Assembly (NCBI RefSeq): GCF_004010195.1
Contig: NC_057718.1
Location: forward strand, 38,129,152 to 38,193,151
DNA: 64,000 nt
Direction: 5' to 3'
DNA from: Chiloscyllium plagiosum
Lineage: Eukaryota
A program made the translations under genes and the position numbers. The first letter of the stretch is position 1. Each line of letters opens with the position of its first letter. This document shows, in pieces, positions 37,519-51,409 of the stretch. The notes under the pieces were generated by a model. It was not told the origin of the DNA. It was given only the letters and a program-made list of their open reading frames with translations, and made no database searches.

Positions 37519-39599
37519 GTGAGTGGCAATCAGAAAAAAGTATGACCTGTGTTTTTGGCCAAAGGACTGTGTTGACTTTGAGTCAAGTATATAAGTGAAG
37601 TAATCTACCTGTCTTCAGCAATAATTTGGAATCTTACAAGTAACAGAATTTGATTGTTCTGATTTTTCTTTTGTGTGTTCAGTTGGCATTTATGATGCAG
37701 GAGAGGAAATGTTGGCCTGTATTTCTGCATTGATTGGCAGTCTTCCCATGTGTATAAGTAAGCGTGTATGTGAAGGCCCTCTGGTGAGGACAAGATCACG
37801 ATGGCTTGCTACATTCATTGTTAAAGCTGATTTCAGTGACACTTGGGTTGTGTTGCTGGAGGGCAGGTGTGCCAATGGAACCTAACTTTAGAGAGCAGTG
37901 TCTGCAGCACAGGATGAATGCAAAGTTAAAAGTTAATAAATTTCAGATTGTCTCAAAATCAGAATCTTCTGCAATTTTCCTTTGAATTATATTCTACCTT
38001 CTTCTGAAAGTCAAGTCTGCAATCGGATTTTTCTTTTAAGTATCTTACATCCATTATGTGCACGCAAACTCAAATGGGGCTTGTTTTCAGACATTGTTTA
38101 CTTTGTATTAGGAGCTGACAAATGGAACTACATGAGAAACTTGGAGCTATGGTTTCATCTTTGCTGTTCCATAATTTCCCTTACATATAAGCTATTTTAC
38201 TTGTGCACAGATTGATCACTTCACAGAGGTTTAAATCAGGGGGCTTTTGCAAGTTTAATTTTATTGCTAAGCATGAGTGGTCAGGAAGGAAGAATAAAGA
38301 GGTCACATACTGCTTGGAAAATCACAGGCCAAACTGCGTAGAGGAAGAATGGGTTCCTGGATACAGACAGTCTGATCTTTAAAACTAATACACCTATTAT
38401 AAAAGAACAACTGAACAGAAAATATTTGAGATTTTTTTTGTCATACTACTTGCACCTTTACCTGTCAGTTCATGTACCCAGAGAACCAAGTTGACCTTTT
38501 GAAAAAGACAGTGACTTTTAATTCCGTTCTTTGAAGGTAATTAACCCCCAATGGCAGTCGATCCAGGTCATTGACCAGAACCTCATTAGAATGGTTATAC
38601 TTAATCTGCATTCCAAATAGGCTGTGCATTTTTAGAAACAGTATCACAGATTCCAGTCTTAAAGTGCCGTGTGCAAGAGGGCCCACCTGATGGAGTGGGA
38701 ATCCCAACTTATTATTTTCCTCACTGTTATTTCTTCACTTCATCAATTTAAAACTATAACTCCCCTTTACATTGGGATCTGTGCTGAGTGGGAATCAACA
38801 TTTTCATTTGGCAAGGGTGTTGAGGATAATGGAACCAAGATGGTTAAAGTCAAATAAGATACCTGTCAGCCATAACCTAATCGAATGGTGGAACAGCCGC
38901 AAAGGATCTTTTTGCTTCTTTCTATTTCTTTTGTACTTTCCTGGTTTGTGTGACTGTGGATATACTGGCCAGTTTATGTATATTCACATAGTGATTCAGC
39001 TTTTTTTTAAACACATGCTGGATGTCAGTTTTAGCCTTGCTGCACTAAAAGCCAATGTTACCACCATTGTTATGACTTCTGGCCTTTTGCCTGTGTTTGT
39101 AATGTGTTGAACCCAAAGCACTTAATCTGACTTAAACTATGGTAACTTTAGCTTTTAATTGGGGGCTAAAGGCTTAATTCTCATTGAGATGTTTGACATG
39201 ATCCACTTTGAAGAATAAACGTCAATTTATCTGTTTTTGCTATCAGAGCCACTAATGTTTGCAAAGCTATACTAGAGAATATAGGAAGATGCTTAAAACA
39301 AACCTCAAATGCCACCTAACCAGTCTCAAATAAGCTGCAAATAATGTCACACATATTCCTGTACAGTTTCATCCATTGAACATTTGTTTCTATCTGGACG
39401 CTGACAGTGGTAATGATTAAAACAGCTCTTGAGGAATAAGTTTGAGAAATGATCTTTACTAGAAGAGATCATATTCTTGAGCCCAAGCTCCTGAATGACT
39501 TGTCTTGGCCTGTTAGTATGTTTTTCTTTGGGTTACTGACTTTTCCACAGGAAGGAGCAGTTGTGGTTTTGCTGAGGAGATTGACAGGTGAACATTGGA

Positions 39600-40700
39600 A
39601 ATAGAGGTGCAAAGAATCTTTAAGAAAGAAAGGGGACAGATAATTCAACAGCTAATGAAACCTGGAGAGGATAAAACTCTTGGTCTGGATAGATTGCGTC
39701 CGTACATTTGCTTTTGCAAAGTAGATTGGTGTCAGCAGTACGTTCGTTATTGATATATTAAAAATCGTCATGAAAAGGAACAGTGCTGTAGGACTGACAA
39801 ACTGTTAAGGTTCTTGTATTTCTGAAGTAGCAGTAGAATGAGTCCAGGCAAATAGACTTGTTACTTTAAAAACAATGGTCGACAAAGTATTGAAGTTTTT
39901 GCCCAAAGATATCATAAACTAAAAATTGTTAAAAAAGAGAAATACTTTGAAATCTGTGCAAACTGTTCTTCCAAAAGGAAGATTGTGCTTGATCAATATT
40001 ATTGAGTTCTTCAAGCAAAAGTGCAGATGGGGGCAGTGTGGTAGCTGTATTTTGTTTGGATTTTTATAAGGCCTTCAATAAGAGAGGATGTGGAGTTAGG
40101 GATAAATATATAATTTTATGTATGAGGTGTTGCATTTTGGTAGACCGAATAAGGAGATCACATACTGCTTGGAAAATGGAAATCTAAATGGGGTAGAAGA
40201 CGGATGCATTTGAGGCTACAATTAGAGAAATTGCTGAAACTAGCACGACAGCTTCACAAAGGCTAAGAGATCAGAATTAGCGTCATTTTTAATTGAGGGA
40301 CAGAATTAAAAGTACGGAAGTTACATAAAACTTGGTTAGAACCAGTTGACTGCACTTTGAATACTGGCTTTTTAAAAATATTTTGAAAATATGGAGGTAA
40401 ATGTGCAAATAATATTCATATCAAATTAACAGTTAACAAGCTGGAGCTCTTTCCTGCATAAAAATGAACTGACAGCTTACCTAGCAGAGGTCTTTAAGGT
40501 TATGGAAGGGTTTGATAGGATCATCTAAGAGAAGGTGTTTCAACTGTGGGAGAGACCAACACTTCAGGCCATTAATTCACTAATATTGACAAATAAATGA
40601 ATAGCAAATTCTGAGGAAATCTTTTGCCTGCAAAATGAGCAAAACTCTACCATGAGAAGGAGTTGAGGATTGCTTAATAGATGCTTTTAATGGAAAGCCA
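39600..40700 (+). mobile_element. Highly decayed CR1
   Basis: Traces of DKTLGLDRLRP, KGRLCLINIIEFF and AVFCLDFYKAFNK. Confidence 0.6.
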
Positions 40701-41966
40701 GTTAAAAAATGTCTTATTTATTCATTGCAGGCAAGGCCGGCATTTATTAACCTTGAATTGAGTGGCTTGGTAAGCCATTTCAGAGGTCAGTTTCGAGTCA
40801 ACCCCATTGCTGTTGATTTGGAATCCGATATAGGCCAGACCATGTAAGATTGGCACACTTCCTTCCCTAAAGGACATTGGTGAATCAGCCAGTGTTTCCT
40901 TATAATGGTTATATGGTTGCTATTTGGTACCTTTTTTTTTCCAGATTTTTATTGAGTTCAAATCTCACCAGCTGCTCCAGTGGGACTTGAACCCATGTCC
41001 CCAAAACAGGCTGAGGTTCTAGATTCCAATTACCACTGTGTGAATGAAGGGTATTTCTAATGACTGGGGAGTCCAGAAGTGTGGGTTGCAGTCTTATGAT
41101 ACAGTGTACTCCAGTTAGGACTGGGAGGAGACATTTCTTCACCTCGAGTGTTGAGGCCAAAACATTGAATGTTTTTAAGCCATTACATAGTGCTAACAGG
41201 ATCAGAAGTTATTGAGAGGAAGTGGGACCAGGGTACTGAGTGGGTGATCACCTGTAGCCGTATTGATTGACAGAACAGGCTTGAAGGACCGACTGCTGCT
41301 CCTATTTTCTCCTTTTGCGTATGGGTTGTAAAATGCTGTGTTGTTGGAATTGTATGGTGAAGAGGTGGGAGGAGGGTTACATGCAGCATAGACCAGTTGG
41401 TCTCTATGTGCTGAAAACTATAGATATGCATATCTAAAGAATGAATACTCAGCCAAACATAAATAATATGGATAATTTGACTGAGCTTGGAAAGTTGGAT
41501 GATTTTCAGCCTCCCAACAGTTCGGGATCGAGATGGTTTCTGACATGTCATGAAGGCTGTTTGGAGAGTGCAGGTGAAAAACATAGGAAATTTGTAGTCA
41601 ATAGTGAGACCATTTGATCTGTAGTTTTTTGCTTGACCCATCTGATAAAGATCAATCCAGCCCTTAGGCCACAAATCCAAGTGCTTTTAAAATGCAATCA
41701 ATTTTTCTGCCTCAACTATGAGTTAGCTATCCTATGATTTTCTGGATGAAAATATTTCTCCTCAACTCTGGTCTCTGATTATTGACCTTTCTTTGTAAAG
41801 GGAAGTTACTCAACCTGTAATGCACTGACTGGGCTTATTTGGAGTTTCCATGCCGTGGCCTTAATGGTGCTCTATGGAGTTCAAATTCCAGTATGTTCTT
41901 CCTGTATTTTATGTCCTGTTTCTCTTCTTGCACAAAGATGTCTTGAAGACTTGGATTTTTAAAAGT

Positions 41967-42258
41967 TTTTTAAGTTCCCCTACAGTGTAGAAACAGGCCC
42001 TTCGGCCCAACAAGTCCACACCGATCCTCCGAAAAGTAACCCACCCAGACCCATTTCCCTCTTACTAATGCACCTAACACTATGGGTAATTTAGCATGGC
42101 CAATTCACCTGACCTGCACATCTTTGGACTGTGGGAGGAAACCTGAGCACCCGGAGGAAACCCATGCAGACACGGGGAGACTCCACACAGATAGTCACCT
42201 GAGGCTGGAATCGAACCTGGGTCCCTGGCGCTATGAGGCAGCAGTGCGAACCACTGAG
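41967..42258 (-). mobile_element. HE1/V-SINE
   Basis: Reverse-oriented copy with a small internal deletion. Confidence 0.9.
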
Positions 42259-43134
42259 AAACTGTACTCCTAGTCTAGACTATTGTAATATTTATATCCT
42301 ACATAGTAACTTGTCTGTTTGTTCCACAATCATTCCTTGACTTGCAGTATTGCACCATGTTCTATTTTTGTCTGAATTCCAGCATCTGACCTTGTTTTCC
42401 TTTTTATTTTTCTCACGTTGACAATGCATTGGCTATTCTTGTCTCCTCTGCATGTTATCGTACAATGTGTGTTGTCTTAGCTTCTTATTTGAGTACTCAT
42501 TAACTGTTGAGGGGAGCAGGAATGGAGAGGAAGATATGAACATACAGCTCAGAATTTTGGGCAGCCAGTTTTCTGTTATTACAAAAAGTACCAACTGCTG
42601 CAGCAAACAGTTCTTTCAAGTGTTTGTATTGCGATATCAGTAAGAAAATAGACAATTCATTGTGTGATTAAGAGAAAAGAGAAGAACAGCCCTGATCTGT
42701 CTGATTGTTGATTATACATGCATTGGGATGGTACTTAGTGGTGGTGTCCCATGTGTTTATTATGCTTCAGAAATGCATTATAAATTCCTGTTTCAGCAGA
42801 AAAATGCATACTAAATTCCTCTTTGAGCATCATTCTACCTCAGTGTTGCAAATGTAAAGGAGTTGGTATGCCCATTTTACTGTTGGAATTGTTCCATGAG
42901 CATTGTTTCATGCTGGAGCCAACAGTGTTGTGGGATGTAATCACCATTTTGAGGTGGCCTTTCCAATTCATCAGCACTCTCCCACCTCTTCCCTCACATC
43001 AAAACTTGGGAGAGGAAACAAGCTGGCATAAGAGGCAATATGCATGAGGCAGTTAGAATTAGAGTATTTTTTTTTAAATTTGCATTTTATTTTCAAGCAT
43101 GGATTAAAAGAACCTTGAATTCCAGAGTTGAGTC

Positions 43135-44220
43135 AGAGTCGTGACTGCCTTTGACATGAAGGCTACGTTTTGCTTAGTGTGGCATCAAAGAGCCCGAACA
43201 AAACCGAGTCAACAGGAATTGAGAGAAAACTGTCTCCACTGTTCAGAGTCGCAACTGGCACAAAGGAAGATGGATTTGGCAGTTGGAAGTCAATCATCTC
43301 AGTTCCATGTCATCTCTGCAAGAGTTCCTCAGGGTAATGTCCTTGGCTGAACCATTTACAGCTGCTTCAATGACCTTTACACTGTTGTAAGACCAGAAGT
43401 GGGGATGTTTGCTGATGAAAGGTCCATGTCAAAATACACTAAGACCTGGCCAGTGTCTGGGTTGGGGCTGACAAGTGGCAAGTAATAATTGTCCCACACA
43501 AGTGACCTTAACATCGCTGAATGCTCCAATGTCAATGTCCTCAGGGTTATCACTAACGTTGAACTGAACTAGACTGAGCAGGCCAGAAGCTAGGAATCCT
43601 GCAGCAAGTAGTTCACCTCCTGACTCCCCAAAGCCTGTCCACGATCTGCAAGGCAAAAGTCAGGAGTGTGATGGAATACTCCCTACATGCTTGGAAGAGT
43701 GCAGCTCCAAAACTGCTTTCAAAGCTTGACAACATCCAGGACTAAACAACCAACTTGATTGGCACCACATTGGTAAATCGTGCACAAGTGAGGACTGCAA
43801 ATGTTGGAGATCAGAGTCAAGATTAGAGTGGCACTGGAAAAGCACAGCAGGTCAGACAGCATCCGAGGAGCAGGAAAGGAGCTCAATCCTGATGAAAGGC
43901 TTTTCCCCGAAACGTCGATTGTTTTTTTCCTTGCCTTGCCGTGCTTTTCCAGCACCACTCTAATCTTGACCACATCGGTAAACATGCACCCCTCCCCTCC
44001 CCAACCCACCCCACCAAGCTTCGTAGCAGCGGTGTGCACCATCCACAAAATCCATCCTGATTTGGAAATATTTTGCTGTTCCTTTCATGTCTCAGTCAGA
44101 ATTCTGGAACTCCTTCCTGAAGGATATTGTGGGTGTACCAGATGATTTCCAGCAGTTCAAGAAACTCCCCACCACAATAAATGCTGGCCTAGCCAATGTT
44201 GCCTACATCCCATTCGTCAA
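43135..44220 (+). mobile_element. Second LINE family, RT to 3' end, decayed, with a PLE insert at 43786-43968
   Basis: TAFDMKATFCLVWHQ...ISARVPQGNVLG, GMFAD. 3' tail AATAAATGCTGGCCTAGCC..CATCCC. Confidence 0.75.
43786..43968. mobile_element. Mini foldback of two PLE pLTR ends, with an imperfect ~20-bp TSD
   Basis: Inverted GTCAAGATTAGAGTGG..GGAAAAGCAC and GTGCTTTTCC..CCACTCTAATCTTGAC. Flanks ACCACATTGGTAAATCGTGCAC and ACCACATCGGTAAACATGCAC. Hammerhead core at 43889-43916. Confidence 0.75.
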
Positions 44221-44456
44221 TAAAAAGAAGTTACATTATTTCATTTGCAAAGGAACATAGGAAAGCGTTGTGTATCTTGTCATGTTTTGTTCTGAGAACC
44301 TAGCTACAACTGCTACTTTGGTATAATTGGAAAGACATTAAATTGTTTCAGTTGGACTTTTTGGAAATGCGAAAATGTGAACTGAGGGACTATTGTAGTC
44401 CACCATCAATGTGATTCATGTAGATATTGAAAGCAGAGTAGGTCTTAAGATTACTT

Positions 44457-44990
44457 AAGGTCCACACCCCCCACCAACCCAACCTCCACTCCCGGCACCT
44501 TCCCCTGCAACCGCAAGAAATGCAAAACTTGCGCCCACACCTCCCCCCTTACTTCCCTCCAAGGCCCCAAGGGATGCTTCCATATCCGCCACAAATTCAC
44601 CTGCACCTCCAGACACATCATTTATTGCATCCGCTGCACCCGATGTGGCCTCCTATTTTGGGGAGACAGACCGCCTACTTGCGGAACGTTTCAGAGAACA
44701 CCCGGACCAACTAACCCAACCACCCCGTGGCTCAACACTTCAACTCAATCTTCTTCCTGACCTCTCCGCCCCCACCCTACTCCGGCCTATCACCCTCACC
44801 TTGACCTCCTTCCACCTATCGCATTTCTAACGCCCCTTCCCCAAGTCCCTCCTCCCTATCTTTTACCTTAGCCTGCTGGACACACTTCCCTCATTCCTGA
44901 AGAAGGGCTCATGCCCGAAACGTCGATTCTCCTGTTCCTTGGATGCTGCCTGACCTGCTGCGCTTTTCCAGCAACACATTTTCAGCTTAA
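44457..44990 (+). mobile_element. PLE 3' fragment (linker, partial GIY-YIG, pLTR) with a 15-bp TSD
   Basis: CNRKKCKTC..FTCTSRHIIYCIRCTRCGL. GTCTTAAGATTACTT at 44442-44456 and 44991-45005. Intact hammerhead core at 44897-44924. Confidence 0.9.
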
Positions 44991-46214
44991 GTCTTAAGAT
45001 TACTTGGGTATTTTAAGAGAGTTGGGATAATTGTACCAGTGTGTCTAAACAAATGATTCTCTATTTTGCTGAGTTTTATGTAATTTTAAAATATTTTGGA
45101 AAACGTATGCAGGAATTGTCGTGCAAACCTTCTGTGTATGTAAACATGTCATACAATAATTTCACTCATTTCAAATATGGCACAAAACCTTCACTGACAG
45201 GAAGTTATAATTGCAGTATGACAATTTTGCTTGGATACTGTGAGCTATGACTGTCAGTGTCTGTGTTTAAACTGGATAAAGTTGCTAATCATGTGCAAAA
45301 ATTAATAGTGCATGGTTTAGCGATGTACAAATATTCGTTGAGCAAGTGAAGACTATAAAGGAGTATAGTTTCTGATTAAATCCCACTTTTAGAGAGAAAT
45401 ACATAATAAGGTAAAGGATACCAAGGTTTTTGTCCCTTTTTGAATGAGGTGTTTGGTTTGAAAACACAACATTGAGTGAAGTCTTGTCATGATAGCTGTT
45501 AATGTAGCCCATTTTTTTCCTTCAAGTCCTAATTTAGCTACCCTCACCTATTTCTTTGGCACACAATATCTCTTTTTTTTATCATTTTCCTGATTTGTTG
45601 TTGCTGTCGATCTCATTTTTTTTGTTTAGCATTGCTGGCCTGTGATTCACTTTTTTTATTTCAACAGTTTTGTCTGATTCATCTTTAGCAACAAATAGTG
45701 ACTGGGAATGGAGACCTTGTGTTTGCTTTAGATCATGCCATTTCCTTTGCAAAGACTTTGGCAGCCAATTAATTAATTTTCAAGTGCTGTCATGATTAGA
45801 TAGCAAGCAGACAGCTAAAATGAACACAGAAAGACTTCACAAAAGAACTGCTAATTTGTCGAGGAAGGGAAAATAGTCTGGATGCCAGGGGAATTCAGTG
45901 TTCCTCTTTGCATGGTGCTGAACAGTTTTTTTTAATTGGTTTTGTATTGGCATTCAGGCTTTGACATCCCATCTAGAAGAAGACAACGGCTGACTGGACT
46001 TATCAGGTACTGCATTGAAATGTGATCTGGGTTATGTGTTCAGGCTTGTCCTGTGATTTTAAACCATGAACTTTTCTTGGAGTGGCTGAAGAAAAGCTGA
46101 TGTTTGCTTTAGTTCCTTGGTTCAGTTGAAGTTCAACACTTGTCTCAAAACAGTGTTTGAAATGAGTGGGTAGAATCCTAGACTGTTAGCATGAAGAAGA
46201 AAATTTCCAATTTC

Positions 46215-46730
46215 CATGAGACCACAAGATTTAGGAATAAAAGTACGCCATTCAGCACATTGAGTGTTTTGCCATTCATTGAGATCATAGCTGACCTATA
46301 ATCCTTAATTCCACTTTCCTGCCTTTTTCCCCATAACCATCGATTCCCTTGCTAATTAAAAATCTATTTAACTCAGCCTTGAATACGTTTTGAGATCCAA
46401 CCCCAGCAGCTACCGGCATTAAAGAATTCCATTACCCTCAGAGAAGAAGTCCCTCCTCAACTCTGTCTTTAATAGGTGAACCCTAATTCCGAGATTATGC
46501 CTTCTGGTCCTGGATTTTCCCACATGGGGAACTAACTTTTTGACATCTACCTTGTCAAGTCATCTGAGAATCTTATGTTTCAATATGATGGTATGTAATT
46601 CTTTTATAATCCAATGAGTACAGGTCCAACCAACTCAGCCTCCCCTCATTAGAGAGTTCTTCCATACCTGATTTCAGCCTAGTGAATCTTCCCTGGACTG
46701 CCTCTAATGCCAGTATATATTTACAGATTA
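46215..46730 (-). mobile_element. Old CR1 3' fragment
   Basis: CR1 3'UTR and RT C-terminus in reverse, similar to 60796-61300. Confidence 0.75.
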
Positions 46731-47716
46731 GCGTTGTGGCAGTTTGAGAATTTGAGTTGAAGTTGCTTTAAAAGGTCACTGTGATGCCACTGAATTATTA
46801 TAGAAATATAAATGTTTCCAACCAAGAAGGAGACTAGTCTGTGTTAAACAGAGGTTCAAATTACAGTGCTGCACTGTGAATAAACTTTTTGAGGCATTAT
46901 GACAATGTATTTTGATGAGAGTTCAGTCAACTAATCAGGAGATGCAAGTTCAGCTGATCATCTCTGGGTCAAAAAATAACCTCGTAGAGATGAAACAGTT
47001 GACCTTACTGTTCCTAAATCGTAGTAAAAATGTACTTTGTCTCTTCCTTGTCAAAATAAAATGATTTCATTTTTCTTTTGGTTCTGGAGGACCAAGAAGT
47101 TGGTCCCACAGGGCCCTGGGCAAATTTCAGAGACTGAGCAACTTGAAACTATTGGGATATTCAGCATTTTACAATGCTTCAATTAGTTAACAAGAGTCAG
47201 AAGGCATTGAGTTGTGATCAGGTTTTAAGAAGTACTTCATGCATTTAGATCATTGAGCACTTCTGACTGCATAAACAACAACAGAATGGCATTCACCTTA
47301 TCCATTTTGAAGGAAAAGCCTGTTGTTTTGTTCAGAATGGGTTTACAATGCAAATGTGTGTGGTCCTTTTTACAGCTTGGTCACTAGCTGTGATTTATGA
47401 CTAACCATACAGCTGAATTCCTGAAGGAAATTTATTTACCACAATTTGTGTGTAAAAAGGCAGTGTGTAAAAAATATTACTACAAACATTGAATTCTGTC
47501 AGTGATTATCTGTTGTGCTCCTGATTTAAAAATCTGCATGTCTTTCAAACAATTTCAAATTTGTGAAACTTAAGTTTGCAGTATATTTATTTTATGGCAT
47601 CCAGAAAGACTTTTGGGCAATGTAACTGCCGCTAAATTAGGTAGTTAAAGTTTACTAAGGATCTCTTTGTCTAAAAACTGCTTTTTTGTGAAATGATATT
47701 GCTATATTGTGTAAAT

Positions 47717-47991
47717 GCTGAAAATGTGTTGCTGGAAAAGCGCAGCAGGTCAGGCAGCATCCAAGGAGCAGGAGAATCGACGTTTCGGGCATGAGCCCTT
47801 CTTCAGGAATGAGGAAAGTGTGTCCAGCAGGCTAAGGTAAAAGTCCTGCTGGACACACTTTCCTCATTCCTGAAGAAGGGCTCATGCCCGAAACGTCGAT
47901 TCTCCTGCTCCTTGGATGCTGCCTGACCTGCTGCGCTTTTCCAGCAACACATTTTCAGCTCTGATCTGCAGTCGTCACTTTCTCCTCGAAG
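47717..47991. repeat. Perfect foldback of PLE pseudo-LTRs (115-bp arms, 13-nt spacer)
   Basis: 47717-47831 is the reverse complement of 47845-47959. Flanks ATATTGTGTAAATG (47704-47717) and ATATGGTGTAAATG (47992-48005). Confidence 0.93.
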
Positions 47992-48823
47992 ATATGGTGT
48001 AAATGGCCTGATAATGCTTTCTAATTTACTTTCAAATTAGTAAAAGTCTTTTTTGATTGAGGAACATGTCACAATTTTCTGCTGGTTCATATTATTTCTT
48101 TAATGAATAGTGACAATGACACATTTCAAAAGAAACCTGATAAATTTGCAATCTTATAGGACAAGGATCCGTCATTTTTGTACTAAATTTTTAACTGTAA
48201 TAAGTTGTTTTAATTTTTTCATGCCCGTAGTTCTGGACTGAAAAGTTCATGTATCCTGATAGATTTTATATTTTCTAAAAACCACAAAACCTGTCAATGT
48301 TTTTGTTTTGTTAACCAGCTTAACTAGTTTGGCCACTGGAGCCTTTTTTTTTCCCTGTACCTGGAAACATTTTGGGCCAGTGAAAACAACTTTAACACTC
48401 ACTAAATCTTTGGGTTTGCAGACTTTGAAAACAAAGTTTCAACACTATCATTGTGTAACCTTTCAATCCATTTTACAAATGGAAAGATGTTAATACCAAG
48501 GATGTTTTATCATGTAACAGATGTTAAATGTAAGTTGTTTAACATTCAGCGATGTTCAGTTTAGAGCATATTTTTATCTTAAGTTTTTTTTTCCTACTTG
48601 TTTACATTGGTCTCTTGGTGTGTTCCTGAGCATGCACCTCCCTATGCCATCACGAAATCTGTGATTGAGCCAATGTTCTAGGGAAAAGGTTCCCTTTTTA
48701 TAGGGAATGCTGCAACAACTCAGCAGATCTGGCAGCATCTGTGGTAGAGAAATAGAGTTAATGGTTCAAGTCCAGTATGATTTTTGGAACTCTTCTGTTT
48801 TGTTCCATCCCAGTGCTGGAGAA

Positions 48824-49354
48824 ACAACTGGCCACACCCACAGTTTGTTCATTCAGACCTATTCTCCATGGTGCTTTGTCGCACTTGGTTACAATCTTGA
48901 TGGGGTACAATTCGGAAGCATAAATTTTAACTGCTTGGACTAATGCTGTCTTTCATTAGTAATTTTAAATGTAGCAACATGTTGCCTCAAACTGTGGTGT
49001 GTCTTGAAAATGACAACCCGTTCCAATGTTAGTGTGGTTTCATGTACTACATTTGATCTGAAGTATGATTTGCTTTCTAAAGGTTTCAGGGTCAAGAAAT
49101 AAGTGATACAACAAAAAACATACTTGAAAGGTGCACTTCATGTTGTTTGGGAGAAGCAAGAGAGTGTGGTATATGATCTCTGGTTTGGGTTTCAAGATAC
49201 TTCCTTGCTATATGAAATTGGTGCAATTTTTATGATCTGCTTGAAATTAATATGGTTAAATATTTTTGTAGCTGTACTAAATTTGAGCAAACTTTCTCAA
49301 ATATGACTTAACACTGGCATTAGAGTAATTTTTCAATTAGTTTTGGGTTCCATT
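48824..49354. repeat. Copy 2 of the ~530-bp duplication (uninterrupted)
   Basis: Colinear with 16026-16255 plus 16611-16910. The SINE-free junction reads ATTTGATCTGAAGTATG. Confidence 0.9.
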
Positions 49355-51409
49355 TGAAGAATTAGTATTTTCATTTTTCAAGATAATTTTTCTTGGATGT
49401 TTGTAATGGATTCCACCTCAAACATGTAGTATAAAGTTGACTTTCAGAAAAGCCGAGCTTAAAAAATGCCAAGAATTGGAAGTATCAAAGAAACATTAAT
49501 TGCTGTTAACAAATACTGCTTGATTGCTTAATTCAGTCACATGCAACTGAGAGCTGACAGGCCTCAGAAAATATTTGCAAGATAAAGATTGCATATTTTC
49601 GATAGTGTTTCACAGACATTCAGTACATTTTTGATATCTTTCTTTTAAGTATGCTGCTAGTATTTCTCTTCAGCCCCCTGCCCCAATTCCTCCTCCAAGA
49701 CTCTGTTATCTGTTGGTATGCATTTTATGTTTTGTATCTGCCCTTATCCCATCCAATCACCAAAGCATGGACATAAAGAAAAACAAACTTCTGGAAAAGT
49801 TCAGCAAGTATGTCAGCATCTGTGGAGAGAAATCAGAGTTAACATTGCGGGTCAAGTGACTCTCTTTCTCAGAACTGGACCCTTTACCAAAACATGGCTC
49901 CTCTCCTGTGATTGGGAGGAGTTGCAATGTTAGTTTAGTGGATGAGAATGTGTATTTTGGGGTCATCATAGACCCTGAAAGTGTGGAGTTGCCACTTGTT
50001 AGATCAGTGAAATTGCAAATTATGTTTCTACTTTTGTCTTAAAGAGTCTTAAAATGGGCCTCTCGTAAATGAGTTGATCTTCCTCTGCAGCTGTCATACT
50101 ATTCTGCACTTTGTTGTTTAATCCTAATGTACTTATGTAAGGTATGATTGGTCTGGATAGCATGCCCGACAAATCTATGTCAAATCAAGTTCAAATATTA
50201 AGTCCGAGTACACCTGTGAGTAATGGACTACTAAATCTCTAAAATGTTGGTGTGTGAATATACAAATTTGTTTTGCATGAAAACTTGTTTTACTCAATTT
50301 CTTAGATTACTTATTTTGAGCAGAACTTTGCATAATAATCTATAGTTCCATTTGGTGTGCCCTCCAATTCCAAACAGATAAGGGACGTCGTAATTGGGAT
50401 AGAACAAAGCCTTAATCTCAGTCAAATTAAGGGTAATTTAAGGAGGGCATTGCCAGCTGAAACAATATGACACATTGACTTCTTCTGTATGAATAAGTTG
50501 ACCTGCCTTTGTCAAACCTTCACACTGCTGATTTGCTGCGATTTTTATCATAAAATATGACATTGACTTGTTGGGCAGGTTGACCATTCAGGTCAGAAAG
50601 AATGTCATGAATAAAAGCTGTATTTGTGTTTGGCAATTTGAAACAAGCGTTATGTTGTGCTTTTATTGAGACCAAATGATTGGGGAAGAGAATTTTAGAA
50701 TGATTATGAACAGAAGGAGACTTCTTGGCCCATTATGTCTTGCTGGCGCTCTCTCAAGGGCAACTCATCTGCTATCACTTCCCACCACATCCCCATAACT
50801 CTGCATTTTTTTCTCTACGGTTTATTCGTTTCTGTTTTGAAGGCCATAATCACATAGATCACCATGCATGTTCTTGCAGAGCGTTCCAGATCCTAATTTC
50901 TCAGTCCACTTTTTAAAAAAAAAAGTGTTTTCTAGTTTTTTTTTGCCAGACTTGTTAACTTTGTGTGCTCTGGCATTCACACTTCAGTCACTGGGGTAGT
51001 TTCCACCATTTGTTCTGTCCAGACCATTAAAGATTTTGTGCACCTCTCAAATCTCCTACCACTTGGTCTCTCTGACCAGTTAACTAAAGTCTTTCATTCC
51101 TGGAATTATTTTTGTAAATGTCTTCAACACCGACTTTTTTATGCTTGCATCTTTCTCATAATGTGGTGCCCAAAGTTGGATGCACTGCAGTTAAGGGCAA
51201 ATCAGTGTTTTAAGTAGCTTGGCTATAACTTGTTTGCTTTTGTATTTCATGCCTACTTGTAAAGTCCAAGATGCCATTACTCTCAATCAACAACCAGGTC
51301 ATCGAAAAAAAAATTAACAGTGCTACCAATGACACTAGTAAAGGAATGACCTGCTCACTGATGCTCAGTTTGAGGTCTGTGAGGCTTGTTAAAGTTATTC
51401 AGCCTATCC

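Noticed and set aside
38290..40190. Shared ATCACATACTGCTTGGAAAAT-like segment at about 38300 and 40155
   Set aside because: The second copy lies within a decayed CR1, so both are most likely fragments of the same old LINE and not a specific duplication.
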